From Eledone cirrhosa (taxonomy: Eukaryota), in contig OZ024756.1 of the NCBI GenBank assembly GCA_964016885.1, forward strand, positions 19,158,001 to 19,222,000: a stretch of 64,000 bases of DNA, read 5' to 3'. The notes below the pieces were generated by a model. It worked only from the letters and a program-made list of their open reading frames with translations, ran no database searches and was not told where the DNA came from. A program made the position numbers and the translations under genes. Each line of letters opens with the position of its first letter. The first letter of the stretch is position 1. Below are positions 30,511 to 42,388 of the stretch, piece by piece.

Positions 30511-31699
30511 TGTGGTGTGTGAACAAGATCTTCATTGGTCTAACAATTCCATTATAAGATTTAATGATTAATCAAAAAACATATCTGTATGGCAGTTCTC
30601 TAAAATGTTCATACAAATTGAACAAATGAAGCAACTTCTAATGAGTAACTTGATCCGCTCAATGAAGCTGTCAAATCTAACAAAAAGACTCCCCACCATT
30701 TTGAAAATGGTGACTCATACATTTTAGATCACAAATTTGAGTATATCATGCTCTACAATAAAGATGTGGGGTCTATAGCTAGGAAGCTGATCAAAGACAG
30801 AAATTCAAACAATACCAAAACCTTCAATACCAATCCAGGGTCTTTGATTCCCTTGCTTCTTCTAAATATTCAACATCTACCATGCCATAAGGCATCTTAA
30901 TAAGAGCTGATAGAATCTAGCCAACAATAATACAGCAACCACCTTCGATACCTAATATATTATAGGGTCGCTGGTCCTGGGAAAGGTAGGGGCTACTTCT
31001 AAATGTTTTATCAACATCTTCTATACCATAAGGTTTCTTACGTGCTGATTGAATCTAGCAAACAATATCACAGCAACTCATGCAGCTAAGAAAATAATGA
31101 TGGCTAACTCATGGTCGGTTGCTAAAGGGTAGTACAATTGCTGAGCGGTTTATCATCATGTAGTTGAGGTTTTTTTAATGTTTCTATGGGGAATTTTGTA
31201 TTTTCTCCATCTTGTCAATAAAATAAGTTCTATAAACACACTAAAGTAAACAGCTATATCTCTAGAGAGCTGCATTAATAGTTTTACTGCCAAACATATC
31301 AATACTTTCCCCTATATCATGAACTAAGTACAGGCTACCTACCTAACAACACTAACAACATCAATAACTCATGCAACATTACTCATGCAATAATAATAAT
31401 AACAATAATAACAACAACAATGATTATAATGGTCTCTGATTTAGGCAAAAGGCCAGCAATTTGGGGGGAAGGGAAGTCAATTAAATCGACTCCAGTTTGT
31501 TACTGGTACTTTATTTTATCGATCCCGAAAGGATGAAAGATAAAGCTAATCTTGGCAGGATTTGAACAGAGAACGCAAAGGGCCACAACTTTCAGCTGCA
31601 AAGCATGTTGTTTGTTGCTCTACCGGTATTGCCAACCCACTGTATTTTGTAAGTAATATGGTAAGGAAAGGGTTAATGAGAAGTATAGAAGACAGTGTG

Positions 31700-32110
31700 G
31701 TGGCATGTGGCCTAGTGGTAAGTGTGTTGGTATTACGATCATAATGTCGTGGGTTTGATTCTTGGACTGGGTTGTGTGTTGTGTTCTTGAGCAAAACACT
31801 TCATTTCACGTTGCTCCAGTATACTCAGTGGGGCTGTGTGGCCTAGTGGTAAGGGTGTTGGACTTACAATCATAATGTCGTGGGTTTGATTCTTGGACTG
31901 GGTTGTGTGTTGTGTTCTTGAGCAAAACACTTCATTTCACGTTGCTCCAGTATACTCAGCTGAAAATGAGTACCAACAGCAATACCTGGGGGTTTAACCC
32001 TATGATGGAATGGCATCCTGTCCAGGGGAGTGTCTTGTACCCCTAGTTGCTTAACACCATGGAAACCAAGATAAGCCACTGCTGATGAGCTTCCAGGCTT
32101 CAGATAGACT
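31700..32110 (+). mobile_element. tRNA-derived SINE with tandemly duplicated head (relatives at 45723-45935, 47030-47168, 4613-4840)
   Basis: A-box TGGCCTAGTGG, B-box-like GGTTTGATTC, core cttgagcaa.acac. 31706-31829 is repeated at 31836-31959. Confidence 0.75.
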
Positions 32111-32452
32111 TTATAGTAGACAGTAGGATTGGAGAGCAAGTGAGAAAACCAGTTAAGGTGTGAGGTACAGCATTGTACTGTCTAACTTCACTTGAGTCTA
32201 ACTCCACTTGAGTGAAGGTGTTAAGGTGTGAGCTACAGTATTGTACAGTGTCTAACTCCACTTGAGTAAAGGTGTTAAGGTGTGAGCTACAGTATTGTAC
32301 AGTGTCTAACTCCACTTGAGTGAAGCTTCAAGTCCAATTAAGAAATTGTTATTTATGTTAGTAGTAAAGAATACAAATATATTATTATAGTGTATTAGTT
32401 TAACACCACCAACGATTACTAGCAAATACAAAAGTAATATGAATGTGTGTGC

Positions 32453-32507
<55 letters not shown>

Positions 32508-32555
32508 CATACAGTAAGTAAGTAAGGTACTCAATACATTAGTAGAGTATATACA

Positions 32556-32665
32556 AAATTTAATATAGAAATAGCTTCTACAGGACTAGAACCATTTCAT
32601 TTGAAGGAAATCATCATTTGAATGAAACAGTTCTAGTCCTGTAGAAGCCATTTCTATATTAAATT
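32556..32665. mobile_element. Short foldback carrying the 3' half of a hammerhead
   Basis: Inverted arms atatagaaatagcttctacaggactagaac. The + arm reads GAAA-cag..ctg-TA; the core is broken at the junction. Confidence 0.6.
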
Positions 32666-32687
32666 ATATATATATATATATATATAT

Positions 32688-32963
32688 ATAGTTATGTAAT
32701 AAACAACATAAGGCAATTATTCCATTTACCAGTGGTTTCTTAAAAGCAAAAAATATTTTGCTTTCAATCCTCAGAATGAAAAAATCCTGGTCTGTTTATT
32801 GAATTTGGATTTAAAAAACAAAATTTTTTTTGTTTTTAAAATCCAAATTCAATAAACAGACCAGGATTTTTTCATTCTGAGGATTGAAAGCAAAATATTT
32901 TTTGCTTTTAAGAAACCACTGGTAAATGGAATAATTGCCTTATGTTGTTTATTACATAACTAT
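32688..32963. mobile_element. Foldback hammerhead element 3 (~135-bp arms, almost no loop; tail to ~33027)
   Basis: Near-perfect palindrome centred at ~32825, between (TA)n tracts. Confidence 0.9.
32870..32931 (+). ncRNA. Type I hammerhead ribozyme (mirror copy on - at 32720-32781)
   Basis: tttcatt-CTGAGGA-ttgaaagcaaaa/ttttgcttttaa-GAAA-cca c tgg-TA-aatggaa. Confidence 0.85.
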
Positions 32964-33095
32964 TAAACTCTGTTACCTACATAGAGCACTCTTTTTTCCT
33001 GGACTTTTCTGACAGAATTACTTCACATATATATATATATACTCAGATTATTTTATAACTTATAAACAAACAAACAAAAAAACATTCCAACTAAC

Positions 33096-33130
33096 CCTTT
33101 CCGCCCAGAAACAGGCACAACTTTATTTAA
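33096..33130 (-). CDS. ZDHHC1: ZDHHC1/11-like exon 9, 35-nt micro-exon (LNKVVPVSGRK)
   Basis: tttttcAG and GTTAGT sites. The only candidate found that bridges phase 0 (exon 8) to phase 2 (exon 10). Confidence 0.7.
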
Positions 33131-34202
33131 CTGAAAAATAAAATAACAATTTAGAGTATAGAGTTCAGAGGGGGAGAAGGAGATGTATAATACATGTATA
33201 AACAATATAGGTGAATATATCTTTAAATATATTGTGTAGGAGTGACGACTGGTGGGTGGAAAAGTACCAGGTGATCCAAATGAAAGAAAGTTCCAGAAGC
33301 TGTAGGAAAAGAAAGGCGTCAGCAAAGGTGGTAAATACTGAACTGAAAGTAAGTATAACGACACAAACTAGAAAATTGATGCCATCCAGCTTAACACAGA
33401 ACTAAGTGGGAATGAAACTAAATAGATGTTAGTGTTCAGCTATCTCCACCATTTCTTGGCAAAATACTGATTTCTAACATATCCCTGTGTATCATACAAG
33501 GGGACTAACAGAAGGCTTGGCCTCAGGAAGGGCATCCGACTGCAGAAACACTGCCTCCAAAAATGGCCGTCCAACATGGAAAGGTGAATGTAAGAAAGAC
33601 AAACAACGAACAGCACTTTTAGAAGAAAATAAAGAAAACAAAATAAGATTGTATAACCTTCCATACAATTGAGAGATCACAGCTCTGATACTATGGGCGT
33701 GTGGTTAGAATGTCTCAGGAAAGTATCACTGGACAGATTTTATGGGCAAAACCAACTGGCAGGAGACCCAAGGGTAGACCCTGAGCAAGATGATTGGATA
33801 AGATCCATGAGCCTTGACTGGTCTCACTTGGGAATCTAGCTGGATCAGTTGGAGACGATTGCTTCTGACAGGACCCGCTGGAGGGAGTGTTTGAGGACTC
33901 TGCTCCATGACCCTCTCAGGAATAAGTGGAAGAAGAAGATCTTTCATGTCTTTCACAAGAGGATTATTGAAGTCATTGAAGCAATGAGACTACACTAGTT
34001 ATTAACTGTTTAGCATTTACATTACCCTATATATACTATTGTATTTTCACGGTAAAGGCTTTATCTCACATAATATCTAATCTATGGGATTTTAATGTTA
34101 TTTATTTTGAGAACAATACCTTAACATCAGTATGGGTAACAAAGTATGGCTGATTTGAACAGAAAGAGGTGAGAGAATTCTGACTGGATATAGCCGGTTT
34201 AA

Positions 34203-34424
34203 CCCTTTAGTGTTCAAACCGGCCAAAACCGGCCAGAATTCTCTACCTCATTCTGTTGAAACTGGCTGTAACTGGTCGCTCAAAATGATGTTATGGTATT
34301 GGTCTCAAAATAAATACTTTCAAAATCTCATAGATTCGATATTATGTGAGATAATTATGTGAGGTAAAGCCTTTACCTTGAAAATATAATAGTATATATA
34401 TTGAGTAATGTGAATGCTAAAGGG
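34203..34424. mobile_element. piggyBac-type MITE inserted, inverted, into the right TIR of another copy
   Basis: TTAA is duplicated at 34199-34202 and 34425-34428, and the host TIR resumes afterwards. Confidence 0.85.
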
Positions 34425-34599
34425 TTAAATACTAAAGGGCTAAAGAACATTAGTGATGGCAATAAAGTAAAGAGAATAGCACTAGGTAGGTATCGGTACA
34501 ATCATACAATCATTGTAGTAAAACTGGGAACTTATGCTCACAATTCTACAATAGTTGAAGGCAAAATATATTGATCGAGTAAAAATCCTTACTACAAAC

Positions 34600-34727
34600 C
34601 TTCTTAGAAATATTGCCAAATGGAGAAGTCTTCGCTGCAGTAGATTTTTTCATTTCCAATGCAGCTTCTTCTTCTTTTTCCTGCCTTGCTTTCTGAATTA
34701 CTTCAAATGTTGTCAGATTCTTATAGG
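34600..34727 (-). CDS. ZDHHC1: ZDHHC1/11-like exon 8 (YKNLTTFEVIQKAR...NISKK)
   Basis: Carries the conserved TTxE motif. caacAG acceptor; AAG|GTTTGT donor gives phase 0, matching the next exon. Confidence 0.85.
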
Positions 34728-34999
34728 CTGTTGGTAACAAACAGGAAGATAAATCAATCAGACAGAACAAATGAGATACAACAAAGAAAAACATATTTTT
34801 TAATTGTTGGTCAATCAATGATAAACATTGATTGCCAGCTGAATAATTATAGAAATCTAAAATATACTGAAGTGAAAGGATTTTAATTCTACATGATGCC
34901 CATAATGAAATAAAAATTCCTCTTAACCGAATTTCAATGCTGAAATTTTCAATTTATAGAATAAAATAGAATATCAATTGTAGCCTTGAGCTGTCAGAC

Positions 35000-35565
35000 A
35001 CGCCTGTCCATGTTGAGCACAGGGTGATGAAACTGTCCTGTATGCACTCATCAAGTGTCAGAGTATTGCTGACCTATGGATTTATGTAAACACCTGCTGT
35101 CACATGTGGGACAGATCCGACTCTCAATTGAGTCCATTGAGAAGATCTCTCCACCGACTTCCTTTAAAGGGGAAGGACAGGCAGTTTTTATCTGCCTAGT
35201 GGTCATGGCAAAAGAGGTCATGTGGTGAATGCATTTGGAAGGGTTGAAGGCAAGCACTTTCCTTTTCGGCAAAGCCCTGATTAACTTTTACAGGTTTCAC
35301 TTGAAGAGGAAGATCAGGGTGGAAAGGCAAGTGCTCCCTTCCAACCAGTTTGTTGTAAAGTCAGTGAGAGTGGTGTACATGGTCCATGTGAATGGGCCTG
35401 CCCTGAGTATACGCCTGTAGATTGGAACAGGACAACTAGGAGAGGGCACTTTGTCCTAGCGGACAGGGTGACCATGGCTTTTTGTGGCCATTCTCCACGA
35501 GTGACCCTCGAAGTCTCTCCACTTTTGGGGAATTTGTTATGTCCGTTTTTTTTAAATATTTATTT
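35000..35565 (+). mobile_element. Degenerate L1/Tx1-like LINE ORF2 3' fragment
   Basis: Reads CPC*AQGDETVLYALIKC (decayed CCHC knuckle), then AKEVMW, with stops. Confidence 0.55.
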
Positions 35566-35867
35566 TCTTAGACTTTGTTATAAATTTTCCTCCAAAATTA
35601 CTGGCCTTGTGCCTATACTAGAAACAATTATTATCATTACTATTAGCAGCAGTGGATTGGCAGTATCGGTAGAGGGTCGGGTGCCATGCTTTGACGCATA
35701 GAGTTACGACCCTTGCCATTCTGAGTTCAAATCCCGCCGAGGTTAACTTTGCCTTTCATCCTTACGGGGTCGATAAAATAAAGTACCAGTAATGCACTGG
35801 GATAATTGCTGGCCTTGTGCCTAAAGTAGAAACAATTATTATGATTAGCAGCAGCATCAGTACTTAC

Positions 35868-35993
35868 TAAGGTATATATGAAACAGCAAGAGATGCGTCA
35901 GTAGTAAGGCAGCAACAAAAGTCAATAAGACTGTGAACCCCATCAAAAATAACCAGTACTCATGTGGGGCAGAGAATGTAAGGATGGAGAAAC
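35868..35993 (-). CDS. ZDHHC1: ZDHHC1/11-like exon 7 (FSILTFSAPHEYWLFLMGF...LLLTHLLLFHIYL), TM4
   Basis: 126 nt, phase 1 to 1. The HLL.FHIYL motif is typical of ZDHHC1/11. GTAAGT donor. Confidence 0.9.
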
Positions 35994-37066
35994 CTGTGAA
36001 AGAGAGAGAAAGAGAAGATAAAAGACAAAGAGAGACAAACAGAGAGAGATAGAGACATGTAGAGAATGGGAGGGGAGGGCTACATGACATTATATAAGCA
36101 ACATTACAAAATAACCAGTACTCATGTGGGGTAGAGAAAGTAAGGATGGAGAAACCTGTGAAAAAGGAAAAGGGAGAGAAGATAGAGAGAGACACATATA
36201 GAAGGTGGGTGTCACACAATAAGACTGTGTACCCCATAAAAAATAACCAGTAATTATGTGGGGTAGAGAATGTAAGGATGGAGAAACCTGTGAAAAAGGA
36301 AAAGGGAGAGAAGATAATAGACAGAGAGACAAATGTAAGGATAGAGAGACAAACGGAGAGAGATAGAGACATATAGAGGGTGGTGGGGTGAGGTCACATA
36401 ATATTATATAAGTAGTAACGATATCAACAACATTACAAGATTTCTATGGTCACTTGCTTCACCTGGCCACAAACACACAGCAGACAGTTCTGTTGATTGA
36501 ATCAACTGGAGCACTTGTCATTGGAAATGATGGAGATCCAACTGACACAATGTTTCTTCCTCTTCCTCAGAGAGAGTGGGTGGGTCACACTTCCACTCAG
36601 GCACTCCCAACACACTCATCTTTTCTCCTTTCATCACCCATATTGTAACATTAGCAAATATATATTTGTTACCCCCTTTTCACCAGAAATTAATGCTGGG
36701 TAAATCTGATTTCTGAAGTTCTAGCTAAATAATATCCAATCCAATCCAATCCAATTTAGGGCTTTCTCACTCCTCTTGGAAGAACCCTTCCCTGGTTGAC
36801 CTCCACCGCTTTCTGTTTGGTTTTGGTCATGTCAGGGGTGTAGCCTTACTCACCACGCCTAACCAATTGCAGGTTGGTGAGGCTATTTAACCCACAGTTA
36901 GGGTAGATGGCCATTGATTCCAAGAAGTTCATCTGCCCCCTTTAACAGCTAATACTTTTGCTGTTGGGGTTCCAGAGTCTGGTGGGGAGCCCGTTTAGTT
37001 GCCGACCATTCAACTCCAGAGGTTAGAAAAGGTTGTAAGAATGAAACGTAAACAAATAATACTTAC

Positions 37067-37156
37067 TGGGTTTGCCAACAGGCAAAACTGTTGCGGTAGG
37101 TGTGGTTATGATAGCAATTAAAGAAGTAGCTGTCAGAGGGGAGCTGCTTACAGGTT
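37067..37156 (-). CDS. ZDHHC1: ZDHHC1/11-like exon 6, S/T/P-rich luminal loop (PVSSSPLTATSLIAIITTPTATVLPVGKP); possibly a cassette exon
   Basis: tttttcAG and GTAAGT sites, 90 nt, phase 1 to 1, open frame. Confidence 0.6.
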
Positions 37157-37921
37157 CTGAAAAACAACAATAACAATAAATACCCACAGGACCTGAAATG
37201 GAACAACAATAACACACACATAGCCATATTTATTTTATAAAATGTATTAATAGTGTGACATTAATGAACATGTCTCTTAAACTAAGAAAAATTAAATTTA
37301 AAAAAAAAAACAGACTAAAATACCCCATTTTAAGGTCCATACTTTTAAACATTCCAAGGAGCAATTAAATAGCTCCTTATTCTCAATTTTTCAAAGCTGT
37401 CAAAAGTTGTCTAGAATTCTAAATATTTTTAGATGAATCATTATAACAAGAATATTGACAGTTGGATGATTTTCTTTTGTTTATTTAATTAATCAAAATG
37501 TATATAATGAACTTTTTTGTAATATCCTTTAAAAAATTTAGTTTTGAAACTTCACTGAAAATTTCATGTTTTTATCTTTATCATTTATAAACTTAGAGCA
37601 ATTTTTGTACAGACATGTTAAATAACTATGGATTTTCACTATTCAGCTTAGGTAACTAGTGTGAAAATATCCTAATGTTGTTAAAGGAAGGTAATCAGTG
37701 GTGGCAGTGGCAGCCATCAGGGAAGAAAGAGTTTTTAACCATGTAAAACTGCTGCAAATATGATACTTATTTTGACAGAGTAATCTACCTTTTCTAGAGA
37801 AGTAAGTATCTGTGTGTGTATGCCCCCCCCCCCCCACACACACACACCTAACGTAACTCCTAATAGAGTCGTAGGGGCACTGTAGTAGTACATCCTTAAC
37901 GTTTTTAAACCTGACAAAGCC

Positions 37922-38412
37922 CATGCCCTCTTTAGGTTTGAACAGACCTAATTTTGTTTTCCAGAGAACTGACTTGGTAGACACCCATAAGATTATTAAC
38001 CATCTTTCCAACAACAACCCTGAGCACCTTTTTGAATTCCATGTATCTAACACCCATGGACATTCTTACAAAATCAGAAAACAGCACAGCTCCCATGACT
38101 TTTGGAAACGTTTTTTCATTCTCAGAGTTGCTGAAGCAATGGAACAAACTACTTGCATCAGTTGTTAGCTGCTGGGACACTGCATCCTTCAAAACTTCCA
38201 TGATCCCAAAATTCGCCAACACTACACCTGAAATTCCTCCTCCACACACACACACACACACACGCATATGTGTGTGTGTGTGTGTGCGTATATCATGGCT
38301 CATACACTGTTCCTTTTCCTGACATTTGTACATTATTCTATGCACTATACATGCACCTTTGATGAGTTGTAGTGCACCTGAGCACTGTACACAATAGTTT
38401 TCATTATCATTA
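37922..38412 (+). mobile_element. CR1-like LINE 3' fragment (tails also at ~2325-2540, 40955-41063, 47690-47915)
   Basis: Translates as NTHGHSYKIRKQ...FFILRVAEA, resembling the CR1 ORF2 C-terminus. Shared tail gtgcacctgagcactgtacacaata followed by (att)n. Confidence 0.75.
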
Positions 38413-38892
38413 TTTAGATAATGTGCCAATAGTAGAAACAATTATTTAGAAGGAGAGAGAGAGAGTGATAGAGATGAAGTGAGAAAGAGACATAGAGGAA
38501 GAATCACCCATAACACTGGACTGGTACTTTTTTTTTGTATTGACCTCCAAAGTATGAAAGGCAAAGTTGGTCTCGGCAGATTTTGAACTGAGTACAGAGA
38601 GCTGGAACAGATACTACAAAGAATTTTATCTGACGTTCTAACAATGCAGCTAATTTGATGCAATTATCTAATGAATGTTTCAATATCGTCATTTTAACAT
38701 CATGCTAACTTTCCCTGCTAGCAAGGGTTGCACAAGTCTACATAAACCAAGTCAGTACTGAAACGGAGTCACTGATCTCCCAGATGTGGCCAGAGATTTG
38801 TGTATTGTTTGTGTACAAAAAAAAAAAAAAATCCTAGTAACATCAACTGACACCCTCTCTGTCTATCTATCAGATCAATTAAAATATCTTAC

Positions 38893-38928
38893 CAATATTT
38901 TCTGGGTTATTTTCGGTCTTCAACGGTT
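38893..38928 (-). CDS. ZDHHC1: ZDHHC1/11-like exon 5, 36-nt micro-exon (PLKTENNPENI)
   Basis: ttttccAG and GTAAGA sites, phase 1 to 1, open frame. Confidence 0.7.
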
Positions 38929-39981
38929 CTGGAAAATAAAATAAAATATATTATTTTTTTAAAATTTTCTACACACTAAATAGTTATGTTCTAGTTGCTA
39001 CACATGAATGTTAAGGATAAAAAACATCAAACCTCTTGACTGTATATTACAAACAAAATTCTCTACGGCAAACTCATGTAGAGAGAACACCTAGATGTTG
39101 TTGGGGTGGGGCTACTCTAGACTCTGTAGGGGTGTTAGGGTAGAGAGAATACTTTGATGTAGTTGGGGTGGGGTAACTCTAGACTCTCTAGAGGTGTTCA
39201 GGTAGAGAGAACACCTAGATGTAGTTGGGGTGGAGCTACTCTAGACTCCCTAGGGGTGTTCAGGTAAAGAGAATATCTTGATGTTATTAGGTACGTTGGT
39301 TCTCACCTGACTCATAATTGGCTCCAAAACTTTTTCAGCCACACCCCAGAAACTGCTTCTGCTGGCAGGCTAAACTTAGTGAGGGACTTGGTGTTTGGAG
39401 AGGAGATGAGCACTGTCAAGTAGCGTGTAGTGAAATCAAATTTGACAGAGTGCCATGTAGTGAAATCAAATTCTAAGGCCCACAAAAATGCCATACTAGA
39501 CAAACAGACAAAATATAATAAAGCTAATGGCATTTATAGTCCTTTTCTTTACTTCCCTATACAGCCAGATCTGCCCTTCTTTACCCATTCCACCCCTTTT
39601 TTCAAATTTTGTTTTTAACTTATTTTTATATATTTCCATCATTGTATAACTTCATTTGAATAGATGGAAGCTGGTAGTTTTTATTTACATGGATAAATAC
39701 AATTTAACCCTTTAGAATTTACATGTCTCTATATATACTATTTTATTTTTGTGGTAAAGGCTTTATCTTACATAATTATCTCACATAATATTGAATCTAC
39801 AAGATTTTGATGTTATTTATTTTGAGAACAATACCATAACGTCAGTATGAGTGGCCAGTTACAACCAGTTTGAACAGAAAGAGGTGAGAGAATTCTAGTC
39901 GGATACAGCCGGTTTAAATGCTAAAGGGTTAATAGAAAAAGAAAAAAATTTGAACAAATTCGAAATGATAAGAGTACTTAC

Positions 39982-40106
39982 TGTGATATGGTTCAAGGAT
40001 GTATCCAGATTCTTGGTCTTGGAAATATGAAATAAACTCCAGAAGACTGATGACAAAAATACTGAGTATACCACTTAAGGCTGTACACACAGTCATAAAG
40101 AACCAT
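39982..40106 (-). CDS. ZDHHC1: ZDHHC1/11-like exon 4 (WFFMTVCTALSGILSIFVISLLEFISYF...), TM3
   Basis: 125 nt, phase 2 to 1, taccAG and GTAAGT. Hydrophobic helix following NYK. Confidence 0.9.
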
Positions 40107-40189
40107 CTGGTAAAAACACAAAGAAAACTTTCATGTATATATGTATATATGTGGGTGGGTGTATGTGTGTGTGTGTATATGTATGTATG

Positions 40190-40452
40190 TGAGATAAAAT
40201 TTGACACAAAGTACATGTAGTGAGATCAAATTTGACACAGAGTATCATGTAGTGAGATCAAATTTGACACAAAGTCTCATGCAGTGAAATCAAATTTGAG
40301 ACAGAGTATCATGTAGTGAGATCAAATTTGAGACAGAGTATCATGTAGTGAGATCAAATTTGAGACAGAGTATCATGCAGTGAAATCAAATTTGACACAG
40401 AGTATCATGTAGTGAGATCAAATTTGACACAGTATCATACATTGAGATCATA
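40190..40452. repeat. 32-bp minisatellite
   Basis: Repeated tcatgtagtgagatcaaatttgacacagagta unit. Confidence 0.9.
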
Positions 40453-41111
40453 TTTAAAATGTTGTAGTTATGAAACAGGATCAGACAATGTAAACATGAG
40501 CAAGATTTGAACATGAGGTACCAAACTAGACATTGTATAGTATCTAGCTCATCTCCCTAGGAATTAGATATGGCACCAAACTTACTAGAATACTAATGAA
40601 TACTTCACTCTTCAGCAGATTAATTGAAAGTTAAGAGAGAAATACTTTCATCTTAAGAGTATCTCTAGTTTGAGTGTCAGATCACTGGAATGAATCTTAA
40701 CCAGCAAAGTATTATCACAAAGACGTCAGCTCGAGCATTCGATGCTCTTCTTGACAAAATGACCTTTAAATGTTGATGCAGTGTAATTTGACCAATAAGC
40801 CTGGCCATTCCATCAAAGCAATTTCACAAATAACAAATTTAATTGATTATTTGTTTCACAATGTGTCACCACATATATTTAAAACTGAGCCAACCATCAA
40901 TATTTTTCACTTCAATACTTTTAAGGTATTTCACAATAATAATAATAATAATAATAATGAAATTATTGTGTACAGTGCTCAGGTGCACTACAACTCATCA
41001 AAGGTGCATGTATAGTACATAGAATAATAAAGTGTCAGGAAAATGAACAGTGTACGAGTCATGATATAATAACAATAACAAAATAAAGTTTTACATTCAT
41101 TTATATCTAAT

Positions 41112-41143
<32 letters not shown>

Positions 41144-41431
41144 TATAATAATAATAATAAAATGTTGTAGTTTGCTTGAAGCATTGTATATAACATATAA
41201 TGTTGAAAGAGATAGAAGGCTAAACAATGCAAAATGGACTGTAAGATGAGGTAACGAAAAGTAAGTTAGTTGGAAATCTTTGTTTTGCTTTTTTTTCATT
41301 GTTCTTTTTTTTTTTCTGTCCAATATTTCAGGACCTAAAAGACCTTTCTTCAGGGTTTAAGGAACTTTCAGAAAAGAATAATGTTCCAATTTCCTCTCTT
41401 TGGGATTAAATTTTGATTTAAAATTTCCTTT

Positions 41432-41492
<61 letters not shown>

Positions 41493-41560
41493 ATGATAAT
41501 TATGAAGACCAAAATCCAAAGAGGGCTAAATAAGGATTATATATATACATGCATACACAC

Positions 41561-41602
<42 letters not shown>

Positions 41603-41923
41603 CTGTAGAACAAATATTTTTTATTATTAGTACAGATTTAAAAGATCCCGTAATAGGGTGAAAGTAGCAATTCTTGTACACAGGTACTCAGTGATTATGT
41701 ACACAGGTAGATATATATATTTTTTTTATATTGGTGCTCCGTAGTGATATACATATAAATGTGAGTGTGTGTGTATTTATGTGTACATAAACATACATTT
41801 GTGTGTGTGTGTGTGTGCTTATATGTATGTGTACACATATGTGTACACGTGTTTGTTTATGTGCTTGCATGTGTGTGTGTGTATGTGTGCACATGCACAT
41901 GTCTAGATATGTGCTACACTTAC

Positions 41924-42025
41924 TTGTAGTTTCTTCTTCCAACACAGTTATTCAGCCAAATACAATGATGATCGAATTCAGCAACACATTTATTACAATC
42001 ACTGCAGTGTTTGGACTTGTGACAG
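41924..42025 (-). CDS. ZDHHC1: ZDHHC1/11-like exon 3, catalytic DHHC motif ([33 protein letters not shown])
   Basis: 102 nt, phase 2 to 2, ctacAG acceptor and GTAAGT donor. Canonical DHHC cysteine-rich domain. Confidence 0.97.
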
Positions 42026-42091
42026 CTGTAGAACACAATAAATGAGAGACACAAGGGTTAGGAAACTTTTTTAAAATATTATAGAAAGTAA

Positions 42092-42283
42092 TACAGTGAA
42101 ATTCTGTTACAACAAATTTTTTTTTAAACCCCGTAAATTTTGTTATAACGAAAAATCTTTTATAATTAGATCAATTGAAACAAATCAAGCGTTTCTTTGT
42201 CATGACCACAGAGATTGAAAAACATTTTGTTGTATTGAAAAATTTGTCATAATGGTATTTGTTATAACGGAATTTTACCTGTA
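42092..42283. mobile_element. Tigger/pogo-like MITE
   Basis: TA-CAGTGAAATTCTGTTACAAC ... GTTATAACGGAATTTTACCTG-TA imperfect TIRs. Confidence 0.6.
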
Positions 42284-42388
42284 TATAGAAAGGAAAATTA
42301 AGTGCAAAGATGAACTTGATATTCTGGGAATGAAGGTTTGAGCAAAGTGGTTAGTGCAGTATTTGAGTGGTTAACACACCTTTTAAGT

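Noticed and set aside
24302-30680. Other possible minus-strand exons (~24302-24348, 29101-29166, 30615-30676)
   Set aside because: Their phases do not bridge the flanking exons or their splice sites are weak, and the model is already in frame without them.
41318-41360. Hammerhead-like core on - (CTGAAGA...GAAATATTGG)
   Set aside because: Stem I is only 2 bp and the triplet is poor. At most a decayed remnant.
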